From an uncultured Verrucomicrobiota bacterium (lineage in GTDB: Bacteria; Verrucomicrobiota; Verrucomicrobiia; Limisphaerales; UBA1319), in NCBI GenBank assembly GCA_964538065.1, contig CAZIDG010000001.1, forward strand, positions 73,998-137,997: a DNA stretch of 64,000 bases. Reading direction: 5' to 3'. How positions within the stretch are numbered: the first letter of the stretch is position 1; every line of letters starts with the position of its first letter. This document shows, piece after piece, positions 56,522-64,000 of the stretch. Under the pieces are notes generated by a model, which saw only the letters and a list, made by a program, of their open reading frames with translations, ran no database searches and was not told the DNA's origin. The translations under genes and the position numbers were made by a program.

Positions 56522-57712
56522 TCAGTTCAAGGCAGTGTCCCAGTCTTTCCAGACGGGTTCGTAACCGAGCGAGCGAATATATTCGGCGACCTCCTGAGGT
56601 GAACGCTCATCGGCAATGTTGAACTGTACGGTGGCGGCTGTTGATGTTCCTCCGGTTGAGGCTGTTGCCTGAGACAATGCACGGATGCGTCCGTGTTCGG
56701 TCAGGTGGAGCTTGTCGTTGCCTGCTCCGGTGTATCCACCTGGCTCGGTATGACTTCCGGCGCTCATGAGGGTGATGCCCACATTCATCAGTCCATTTCG
56801 CAGCGTGGCACTTTCGCGCGTGGATAACACGAGGCCTGCGTCAGGCAAGAAGAGACGCAGCGCGGCGATGAGTTGAACCAACTCACGATCCCCCATATGA
56901 GTCAGAGGGGTGAAGTGACCTGCGTGCGGGCGCAGACGGGGCATGCTGATGGTGAGGGTGGATGTCCAACAATGGCGTTGGAGATACTGGGCATGGGCAG
57001 CCATGCTGATGGCTTCGAGACGCCAGTCGCTCAAGCCATAGAGGGGGGAAATGCCAAGGCGCTTGAACCCGGCAGCGTGGGCCCGTTCCGGGGTTTCAAG
57101 CCTCCAATCGAAATCGCGTTTGGGACCTGAGGTGTGCATGTCGGCATACACGGTGCGATCATAGGTTTCCTGGTACACGACCAGGCCATCCGCCCCGGCC
57201 GCCACCATTTTGCGGTAATCCTCGGTTTCCATGGGCGCAACTTCGAGGCTTATGCTGGGAAACTCATCATGCAAAACGCGGATGCAATCGGCCAGGTAGT
57301 CATTGGAAACGAATTTGGGGTGCTCGCCGGCGACCAGCAACAAATTGCGGAATCCCAAGGCATGAATGGCCCTGGCCTCGCGCACCACTTCATCGAGAGA
57401 CAATGTGACTCTTAGGATGGGGTTGTTGCGTGAAAAGCCGCAGTATTTGCAGTTGTTCACGCATTCATTTGAGACGTAAATCGGAGCGAACAGGCGGATG
57501 ACTTTGCCAAAGCGTTGTTGGGTAAGATGATGCGCCCGTTGGCACATAGGTTCCAGGATCTCACTGGCAGCCGGCGATATCAGACGCACAAAATCCTGAT
57601 AACCGACGTGGGTCTTATTCAGGCTCTCGCGGGCCTGGGCCACGGTCGTATTGCCGCATGCTGCCACCAACTCTTTCAAAGGCAATGCGTTAAAGGCATT
57701 TACGAAACTCAT
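56522..57712 (-). CDS. thiH: 2-iminoacetate synthase (tyrosine lyase) ThiH, radical SAM
   Basis: Alignable along its length with E. coli ThiH as I remember it: LISPAASE, radical-SAM CVNNCKYCGFS, LLVAGEH, VYQETY, FDWRLETPER, SMPRLRP, LSTRES and the C-terminal PVWKDWD. Confidence 0.9.
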   Translation of the reverse strand: MSFVNAFNALPLKELVAACGNTTVAQARESLNKTHVGYQDFVRLISPAASEILEPMCQRAHHLTQQRFGKVIRLFAPIYVSNECVNNCKYCGFSRNNPILRVTLSLDEVVREARAIHALGFRNLLLVAGEHPKFVSNDYLADCIRVLHDEFPSISLEVAPMETEDYRKMVAAGADGLVVYQETYDRTVYADMHTSGPKRDFDWRLETPERAHAAGFKRLGISPLYGLSDWRLEAISMAAHAQYLQRHCWTSTLTISMPRLRPHAGHFTPLTHMGDRELVQLIAALRLFLPDAGLVLSTRESATLRNGLMNVGITLMSAGSHTEPGGYTGAGNDKLHLTEHGRIRALSQATASTGGTSTAATVQFNIADERSPQEVAEYIRSLGYEPVWKDWDTALN

Positions 57713-57803
57713 CAGTGGGAAAGCCTAACACAAATCCACCACTGGACAAGAGACTCTTGAAAATCTCGCATGCAGCTGAAGAACCCTGCGAAGGATGATG
57801 ACC

Positions 57804-58685
57804 TTATGGACAGTCAATCCAGACGGCGTCATTCATATAAGCCTGGGCATAGCCATAGGGCATGAAGCCATCCCTGCCATCACCACCGGAATTGCGGAAG
57901 ATAAAACACCCACCGTCAGGATGTGAGGGATCGTCCTGGTACCCCACCAACAAGATGCTATGTCCATCAACGACCTTGTCGGGGGTACACATTTGCAGAT
58001 GTCCTTGATTCCATTGTTCCTGAATGGGCCATCGCAGGCCGCTGCAGACAGGCCAGCCTTTGCGCAGGGTGGCCTTGATCTCGTCAATTTGGCGAGGGTC
58101 AAGTCCGGTTGTAACATTCCAGACCTTGATCCAGTGCAGATGCAGGCCCAGCGCCAGCCGCTTTTTCCCATCATCCAAAGCATTCATGGGAGGTTGGGCG
58201 GAGGCATCGAATGCTGCCTGATAGGGGTAATATTGCGCCTCACAGATGCCATATCGTGCAAAACCATTCCATAAATCTGAAAAGAAACCGCCGTCTGCAT
58301 CAACACCGCAGGTTTTGTTGGCGGCCCAGTTCAGGTATTCCGTGCTCAGGCGCGGGCAGTTACCAAGCTTCCGGGCGCTCGCGAATTCCAGGGCCCCGGC
58401 CAGGGCGAACACAGAACACGTGCCACGCCCGCCCTGTTTAAGCTGCGTGAATCCCCATTTCTCGAACTGAGGTCGTAAATCAATACAGGTGATCTGGCTG
58501 CCTGCGCCGGAACGGGTTTCGGAACTGGAGACTTTGGTGCCTTCATCGGCTCCACTGGACACAACAAGGGCGTTTATCCAGACCGTAGCCAGCATGACCA
58601 GGGTGATGCGCTTGATCACTCGGGCAGTCGAGAACGAGGAACCGCGTGCGGGGACCATTCGATTGGTTTTGCATGGCGATTTCAT
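57804..58685 (-). CDS. secreted papain-like cysteine peptidase (C1 family-like)
   Basis: Signal/anchor ITLVMLATVWINALVV. Catalytic-Cys motif QGGRGTCSVFALAGALEF, His motif DGHSILLVGY, and FIFRNSGG in place of NSWG. Confidence 0.75.
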   Translation of the reverse strand: MKSPCKTNRMVPARGSSFSTARVIKRITLVMLATVWINALVVSSGADEGTKVSSSETRSGAGSQITCIDLRPQFEKWGFTQLKQGGRGTCSVFALAGALEFASARKLGNCPRLSTEYLNWAANKTCGVDADGGFFSDLWNGFARYGICEAQYYPYQAAFDASAQPPMNALDDGKKRLALGLHLHWIKVWNVTTGLDPRQIDEIKATLRKGWPVCSGLRWPIQEQWNQGHLQMCTPDKVVDGHSILLVGYQDDPSHPDGGCFIFRNSGGDGRDGFMPYGYAQAYMNDAVWIDCP

Positions 58686-58818
58686 GAGATGCGATGACTA
58701 TGAACCGGACTGGCCCATGGCGTCAACGCAACAGCATGCGATCAAAAACCCCGCCACTCGTGCAACCTGTTGCAGGCCAGTCGCGGAGTACCATCGAGTG
58801 GAGATGGAATTTTCCGTG

Positions 58819-59997
58819 CTATTGCATGGAGGTTTGCCGCCGGAGTTGGGCAGGGGTTTTCTGAAGATGACTTTTGAGAACGGCTCCCAGGTATTCCTGG
58901 TGCTTGAAGCCGGTACACTCCGCAATTTCGATCAGGGGGAGATCGCTGGAGGTAATGAGGTCGCATGCGCGCTTGAGACGCACCTCCAGAATTTCCTCAT
59001 GCACCGATTTACGAAGGACGGTGCGGAAACGTCGTTGGAGGACGCTCCGGGAGAGGCCCACCTGGCGGGCCAGTTCATCCACCTTCAGCCCGGCACAGGC
59101 GAATTCACGAATAAGCCGCAAAGCTTCGGCAAGTTTGCGATCTTCAATAGCCAGAACGTCCGTTGACAGGCGGGTGACGACATCCATGGATTGAATGAGC
59201 GTCGGTTTGGAAGGGGGAGTCTTGCCCTTCATGAGGCGGGAAAGCAGCGCTGCTGCGGCATATCCGACTTGTTGGTGGCTTGGATTCACGCTGGAAAGGG
59301 GGGGGTTGCAGACCTCGCATAGTGGTTCGTCATTATCCACACCGATGACGGCCACTTCGTCAGGCACCCTTACTCCGGCCCGGCGACAGGCGTCGAGAAA
59401 CTGGGGGCCACGCTGATCACTGCATACCATGACGCCGGCGGGTTTGGGCAGGTCAGCCACCCAGCGGGCAAGCTCATCTTGAACATCCTCCCAGGAATGC
59501 CCTGTGGAAAGTGCGCGGGGCAGGGAGTAGGTGTGAAGCTGACATCCTGCCTGCTGGACAACCTCAGCAAAAGTGTTGTGGCGATGTTCGGACCAGTTTT
59601 CCCCTTCGATGCCAAAGAAGCCAAAACGTTTGAAACCGCGTTCCAGGAGGTGAGTTGCAGCCAGACGGGAAATGGTGGCATCGTCCACATGCACGAGTGG
59701 AAGACGGGTATCACGTACGACACCAAGCACATCCACGGCAGGGATTCCACAGGCCAGCACCTCCTCCGCCAGGGCGGGAGTCTGAATGCGGGCGATGATG
59801 CCATCCCCTTGCCAGTGTCGCAGCCATTTTGGGGCGGATTCCTCCAAGCTGCGAGGTTCGTGATAGAGCAGCCATGGGTCATGAACGCGAACGTAATGGG
59901 CAATGCCACGGAGGATGTCGCGTCCGGACCCCAACGAGGTTTCCACGAGGAGGGCCACATGCAGTCGGCGGCGTTTATGCGGTTTTGGCAATGGCAT
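58819..59997 (-). CDS. XylR-type transcriptional regulator (periplasmic-binding-protein-like sensor + AraC HTH)
   Basis: 392 aa. N-terminal LHVALLVETSLGSGRDILRGIAHY and a LacI/PBP-like sugar-binding fold. C-terminal AraC-type HTH (LPLIEIAECTGFKHQEYLGAVLKSHLQKTPAQLRR). Confidence 0.85.
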   Translation of the reverse strand: MPLPKPHKRRRLHVALLVETSLGSGRDILRGIAHYVRVHDPWLLYHEPRSLEESAPKWLRHWQGDGIIARIQTPALAEEVLACGIPAVDVLGVVRDTRLPLVHVDDATISRLAATHLLERGFKRFGFFGIEGENWSEHRHNTFAEVVQQAGCQLHTYSLPRALSTGHSWEDVQDELARWVADLPKPAGVMVCSDQRGPQFLDACRRAGVRVPDEVAVIGVDNDEPLCEVCNPPLSSVNPSHQQVGYAAAALLSRLMKGKTPPSKPTLIQSMDVVTRLSTDVLAIEDRKLAEALRLIREFACAGLKVDELARQVGLSRSVLQRRFRTVLRKSVHEEILEVRLKRACDLITSSDLPLIEIAECTGFKHQEYLGAVLKSHLQKTPAQLRRQTSMQ

Positions 59998-60153
59998 AGG
60001 CTATGCAAGCCGAGCCCACAAATCTTCGGCTTAATCCGCCTGCCAGCCTGCCAGAAGGATTCAAAACATGCCAGCAGGAAAAATGACCTAAAATCTACAA
60101 GAAATGACCGGATACCTCATTGCCGATTTACATCTGAAGACTACACTAAAAAC

Positions 60154-63100
60154 ATGTTTCACCTCAAGTTATGGCTTGATATGGCAGCGCGCATGCGCGT
60201 GCTGTGGTTGTTCGCCTTCGTCACCACATGGGTGGCGGCGGCGCAGGGAGCCCAATGGCAGCCCGCTCAGGGGCCGCTCATGACACGTTGGGCCAAGGAT
60301 GTTAAACCGGACAAGGCACATCCCGAGTATCCCCGGCCCCAGATGGAGCGCAAGGACTGGCTCAATCTGAATGGCATGTGGGATTATGCCATCTGTCCCA
60401 GGAACGAGGCCAAACCGTCCCAGTATGAGGGGCAGATCCTGGTGCCATTTCCCATTGAGTCGGCCCTGTCGGGCGTGATGAAGCCGGTGAGCGACCAGCA
60501 GAGGTTGTGGTATCACCGGTCGTTTACTGTGCCATCCAAATGGAAGGGGCAGCGGGTCTTGCTGCATTTCGGCGCGGTGGACTGGGAGACCGTTGTATAT
60601 GTCAATGGCAAGGAGGTTGGAACCCATCGCGGCGGGTATGACGGCTTTTCGTTTGATATCACGGATGCCCTGATCGCCGGTGGCACACAGGAACTGGTTG
60701 TGGCGGTCTTTGATCCCACCGATGCGGGGTATCAACCGCGCGGCAAGCAAGTGCACAAGCCCAACGGCATCTGGTACACGCCCACAAGCGGCATCTGGCA
60801 GACCGCCTGGCTCGAACCCGTTTCGGCGGCCCGGGTGGAATCCCTGCACATCGTTCCTTCGGTGGATGATGAATCCGTGACGGTGCAATTCAACGTGAAG
60901 GCCCCTGGTGGCGCAGTCAAGCTGGAGGCCACGGTGTTGGACGGTCGCAAGACGGTGGCGCAAGCGAGCATTCAAGACGGCGATGTAAAGGGAGCCGCCA
61001 GTCCGCGCATAACGCTCAAAGTGCCTCAGCCGAAGCTATGGTCGCCGAGCGCGCCATTCCTGTATGATCTGAAGGTCCGTGTTCTGGTCAATGACAAGGT
61101 GGTCGATGAGGTGAAGTCGTATTTTGGCATGCGCAAGATATCGGTGGCCAAGGATGCCGCGGGGACCTTGCGCCTGTTTTTGAACAACCAGGCGCTCTTC
61201 CAATATGGCCCGTTGGACCAGGGGTTCTGGCCGGATGGTTTGTACACCGCTCCGACCGACGAGGCGCTACGCTACGATATCGAGATCACCAAGGCGCTGG
61301 GTTTCAACATGGCCCGCAAACACGTGAAGGTGGAACCCGAGCGTTGGTATTATTGGTGCGACAAGCTGGGCTTGCTGGTGTGGCAGGACATGCCCAGCGG
61401 CAACTTCGGTCACGGGGATACCGACAAGGCGGTTTCGCCCGAGGCGACGGCCAATTACCGGCAGGAACTCAAGGCCATGATTGACGGAAGAAAAAATCAC
61501 CCGTGCATTGTCATGTGGGTGCCGTTCAACGAAGGCTGGGGTCAGCATGAAACGCCCGCCACGGTGGAGTGGGTCAAAAACTACGATCCGACACGACTCG
61601 TGAATAACGCCAGCGGCTGGGTGGATCGCAAGGTGGGGGATGTGAATGATATTCACGTGTATCCCGGACCGGGCGCACCGAAGCTGGAAGCCAACCGGGC
61701 AGGCGTGTTGGGCGAATTTGGCGGACTGGGTCTGCCTATTAAAGGTCATACCTGGCAGGCTGAAAAGAACTGGGGTTACAGGAACTTTAAGACCCCTGAT
61801 GAGTTAACCGATGCCTATTTGGGGTTGATGGATCGGCTGCACCCGCTGACGGGCACGGATGGTTTGGGGGCGGCGGTCTATACCCAGACTACGGACGTGG
61901 AGATCGAGGTTAATGGTCTGATGACCTATGATCGAGCTCTGATTAAAATGAACCAGGCTTTGATCACGGAGGCGAACAAGAAACTCTATGTGGCTCCTCA
62001 ACCGCGGAAAACGGGGCAGAACCTCATCCCTCCGGCCACGCCCTTGGTGGCATGCGATCCCTATTTCAGCATCTGGTCATGCACGGATCGTTTGACCGAC
62101 GATGTCACGCGTCATTGGACGGGGCGTCAACAAAGCCTGGCCAGCATGGTTCGAATTGATGGCAAAGCCTATCGCCTGATGGGAAATGATCCCCGTTCGG
62201 TGCCCGCCTTGGAGCAGGTGGCGCTGGACGTGCTGCCCACCCGCACGCTGTACCGGTTTGAAGGCGCGGGCATCGCGTTGTCCTTGACGTTCATGACGCC
62301 TGCGTTGCCGTACGATATCGACCAGCTTTCATGGCCCGTTACGTATGTAACCTATGATTGCCGCTCTCTGGATGGCCGTCGGCATGATGTGTCCGTGTAT
62401 TTCGACAGCAGTTCGGAGCTTACCGTGAATGATGCAGCCCAGTCCGTGACCTGGTCCACAGCCAATGTCGATGGGCTCAAAACACTGAAGATGGGTTCGA
62501 AGGATCAGCCAATCCTGGGCAAGAAGGGTGACGATCTGCGGATTGACTGGGGATACCTGTACCTGACAGCACCCGAGGCGGCCGTGGCGAAGGAGACGGT
62601 GGCTGCTCAAAGGACGTGTCGCACACAGTTTGTGTCCGAGGGCACTCTGCCAGGCATGGACGACCGCCAGCCGCGCGCGGCTTCGGATGAAACGCCTGTG
62701 GCCGCCATGGTCATGAACCTTGGCAGGGTGGGGACGTCTGGGGCAAGCCGGTGGTTGATGCTGGCATATGATGATCTGTATTCCATTCAGTACTTCAAAA
62801 AGAACCTCCGTCCTTATTGGCGGAGGAATGGAGCCGATGCGGCTGCATTATTAAGCAGGGCAACCAAGGCCTATCCGGAATTGCTGAAGAAGTGTGCGGC
62901 ATTCGATGACGAAATGATGTCCGACCTGCGGCGCGCCGGTGGTGAGAAATACGCCCGTTTGGCCGCCCTGGCCTACCGTCAATGCCTTGCGGCGAACAAG
63001 ATTGCCGCAGACGAGAAGGGGCAGCCCCTGATGTTCCCCAAGGAGAATTTCAGCAACGGATGCATTGCGACAGTCGATATCCTCTATCCGATGGCGCCGA

Positions 63101-64000
63101 TGTATCTGCTTCTGGGGCCGTCATTGACCAAGGCGATGCTGGTGCCCATCATGGATTACTCCAGTTCGCCTCGGTGGAAATTCCCATTTGCGCCGCATGA
63201 CCTGGGCACCTATCCCCTCGCCAATGGACAGGTCTATGGTGGCGGAGAACGCACGGAAGACAACCAGATGCCCGTCGAGGAGACTGGCAATATGATAATC
63301 CTTATGGCGGCTCTGGCCCAGATGGAGGGTAATGCCGACTTTGCCGGCCAATACTGGCCGGTTCTGGAAAAATGGGCGGCCTACTTGAAGGACAAAGGGT
63401 TCGATCCTGAAAACCAGCTCTGCACGGATGACTTTGCCGGCCATCTGGCTCACAACGTCAACCTATCGGCCAAGGCCATCGTGGCGCTGGGGGCTTACGC
63501 AAAGCTGTGTGACATGCGGCAGGACAAGGCCAATGCTGATTCCTATCGCAAGCTCGCGTCGGAATTTGCCGCCCGGTGGGTCAAGGAAGCTGCTGATGGC
63601 GACCACTTCCGCCTGGCTTTTGACAAAGCGGGGACCTGGAGCCAGAAGTACAATCTCGTGTGGGATGGCATCCTTTCGATGGGACTATTCCCAGAGGACG
63701 TGCTGCGCAAGGAAATGACGTTTTACCGCAAAACCCAGCAGCGGTACGGCCTGCCTCTGGACAACCGGCAGCCTTACACCAAATTGGATTGGACCATCTG
63801 GACGGCCAGTCTGACTCAGAACGCGGATGACTTCCAGGCGCTCCTGGGCCCGGTGTACGAATTCTTGAATGAAACAAGCGATCGTGTGCCGATGAACGAT
63901 TGGTATTGGACCCAGACGGGTCGCAAGGTTGGCTTCCAGGCACGGTCGGTTGTGGGCGGTGTGTTCATCAAAATGCTCTACGATCATGCGACTTGGAACA
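60154..64000 (+). CDS. GH2 glycoside hydrolase fused to a glutaminase-A-like (DUF4964/DUF5127/DUF4965/DUF1793-type) domain; 3' partial, runs off the window
   Basis: Not in the ORF track because no stop falls inside the window. I read frame 1 from ATG 60154 (alternative ATG 60181, signal MAARMRVLWLFAFVTTWVAAAQG) and spot-checked it codon by codon across 60154-60680 and 60961-63360 without finding a stop. GH2 motifs: YPRPQMERKDWLNLNGMWDY, THRGGYDGFSFDIT, NHPCIVMWVPFNEGWG. From ~62030 the second module shows PLVACDPYFSIWS, HWTGRQQSL..VRIDGKAYRLMG, FPKENFSNGCIATVDILYP, FAPHDLGTYP and MPVEETGNMIIL. Confidence 0.85.
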   Translation, partial: MFHLKLWLDMAARMRVLWLFAFVTTWVAAAQGAQWQPAQGPLMTRWAKDVKPDKAHPEYPRPQMERKDWLNLNGMWDYAICPRNEAKPSQYEGQILVPFPIESALSGVMKPVSDQQRLWYHRSFTVPSKWKGQRVLLHFGAVDWETVVYVNGKEVGTHRGGYDGFSFDITDALIAGGTQELVVAVFDPTDAGYQPRGKQVHKPNGIWYTPTSGIWQTAWLEPVSAARVESLHIVPSVDDESVTVQFNVKAPGGAVKLEATVLDGRKTVAQASIQDGDVKGAASPRITLKVPQPKLWSPSAPFLYDLKVRVLVNDKVVDEVKSYFGMRKISVAKDAAGTLRLFLNNQALFQYGPLDQGFWPDGLYTAPTDEALRYDIEITKALGFNMARKHVKVEPERWYYWCDKLGLLVWQDMPSGNFGHGDTDKAVSPEATANYRQELKAMIDGRKNHPCIVMWVPFNEGWGQHETPATVEWVKNYDPTRLVNNASGWVDRKVGDVNDIHVYPGPGAPKLEANRAGVLGEFGGLGLPIKGHTWQAEKNWGYRNFKTPDELTDAYLGLMDRLHPLTGTDGLGAAVYTQTTDVEIEVNGLMTYDRALIKMNQALITEANKKLYVAPQPRKTGQNLIPPATPLVACDPYFSIWSCTDRLTDDVTRHWTGRQQSLASMVRIDGKAYRLMGNDPRSVPALEQVALDVLPTRTLYRFEGAGIALSLTFMTPALPYDIDQLSWPVTYVTYDCRSLDGRRHDVSVYFDSSSELTVNDAAQSVTWSTANVDGLKTLKMGSKDQPILGKKGDDLRIDWGYLYLTAPEAAVAKETVAAQRTCRTQFVSEGTLPGMDDRQPRAASDETPVAAMVMNLGRVGTSGASRWLMLAYDDLYSIQYFKKNLRPYWRRNGADAAALLSRATKAYPELLKKCAAFDDEMMSDLRRAGGEKYARLAALAYRQCLAANKIAADEKGQPLMFPKENFSNGCIATVDILYPMAPMYLLLGPSLTKAMLVPIMDYSSSPRWKFPFAPHDLGTYPLANGQVYGGGERTEDNQMPVEETGNMIILMAALAQMEGNADFAGQYWPVLEKWAAYLKDKGFDPENQLCTDDFAGHLAHNVNLSAKAIVALGAYAKLCDMRQDKANADSYRKLASEFAARWVKEAADGDHFRLAFDKAGTWSQKYNLVWDGILSMGLFPEDVLRKEMTFYRKTQQRYGLPLDNRQPYTKLDWTIWTASLTQNADDFQALLGPVYEFLNETSDRVPMNDWYWTQTGRKVGFQARSVVGGVFIKMLYDHATWN

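Noticed and set aside
57713-57803. Possible TPP riboswitch upstream of thiH
   Set aside because: Only 91 nt are available. The transcript-sense sequence lacks the conserved CUGAGA and ACCUGAUCUGGAUAAUGCCAGCG elements. Only short generic hairpins are present.
60169-60975. 268-aa minus-strand ORF, plus several others up to 63987 that are the only track entries in this region
   Set aside because: The plus-strand frame starting at 60154 carries clear GH2 and glutaminase-A-like motifs and has no stop in the stretches I checked. The minus-strand ORFs are shadows.
1-64000. CRISPR arrays, IS elements, prophage, restriction-modification or toxin-antitoxin modules
   Set aside because: Intergenic gaps are all shorter than about 260 bp, I saw no regularly spaced repeats, and no transposase, integrase, Cas, restriction-enzyme or TA-like products appear among the ORFs. 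The scan was visual, so short degenerate repeats could have been missed.

Overview
Gene-dense, moderately GC-rich chromosomal segment (GC not computed). The gene content fits a Verrucomicrobiota/PVC-type bacterium: Tat-exported xylose-isomerase-fold protein, XylR-type regulator, many glycoside hydrolases, large TPR/ankyrin proteins and a SET-domain protein. I support about 45 protein-coding genes, one tRNA-Lys(UUU), three intrinsic terminators and a few weak promoter or operator candidates. I saw no rRNA, CRISPR array, transposase, integrase, phage or toxin-antitoxin genes, so this reads as core genome rather than an island. Housekeeping genes include uvrA, a uvrD/pcrA-like helicase, gatB, ftsH, tilS, folB, tkt, ugd, uppP, rpiB, thiH and thiS. 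There is also an RND efflux pair, a TolC-MFS pair, an OmpR-type two-component system and an OlsB/OlsA-like aminolipid pair. The most interesting items are architectural. (1) A HAD-Nudix fusion overlaps folB and could supply both dephosphorylation steps of dihydroneopterin triphosphate. (2) A zinc-ribbon/DA1-like HExxH metallopeptidase is wedged between thiH and thiS. (3) A tightly coupled four-gene operon encodes a large membrane protein, an ABC ATPase, a long permease and a membrane-anchored EEP nuclease/phosphatase, followed by an embedded tRNA-Lys and a second orphan permease-like gene. (4) A SET-domain gene is translationally coupled to a Ski2-like helicase. (5) A histidine kinase and response regulator sit just upstream of an 891-aa TPR-ankyrin protein. 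(6) A gene of more than 1280 codons fuses a GH2 enzyme to a glutaminase-A-like domain; it runs off the window and is absent from the supplied ORF track. All family assignments come from motif reading by eye. No searches were run.
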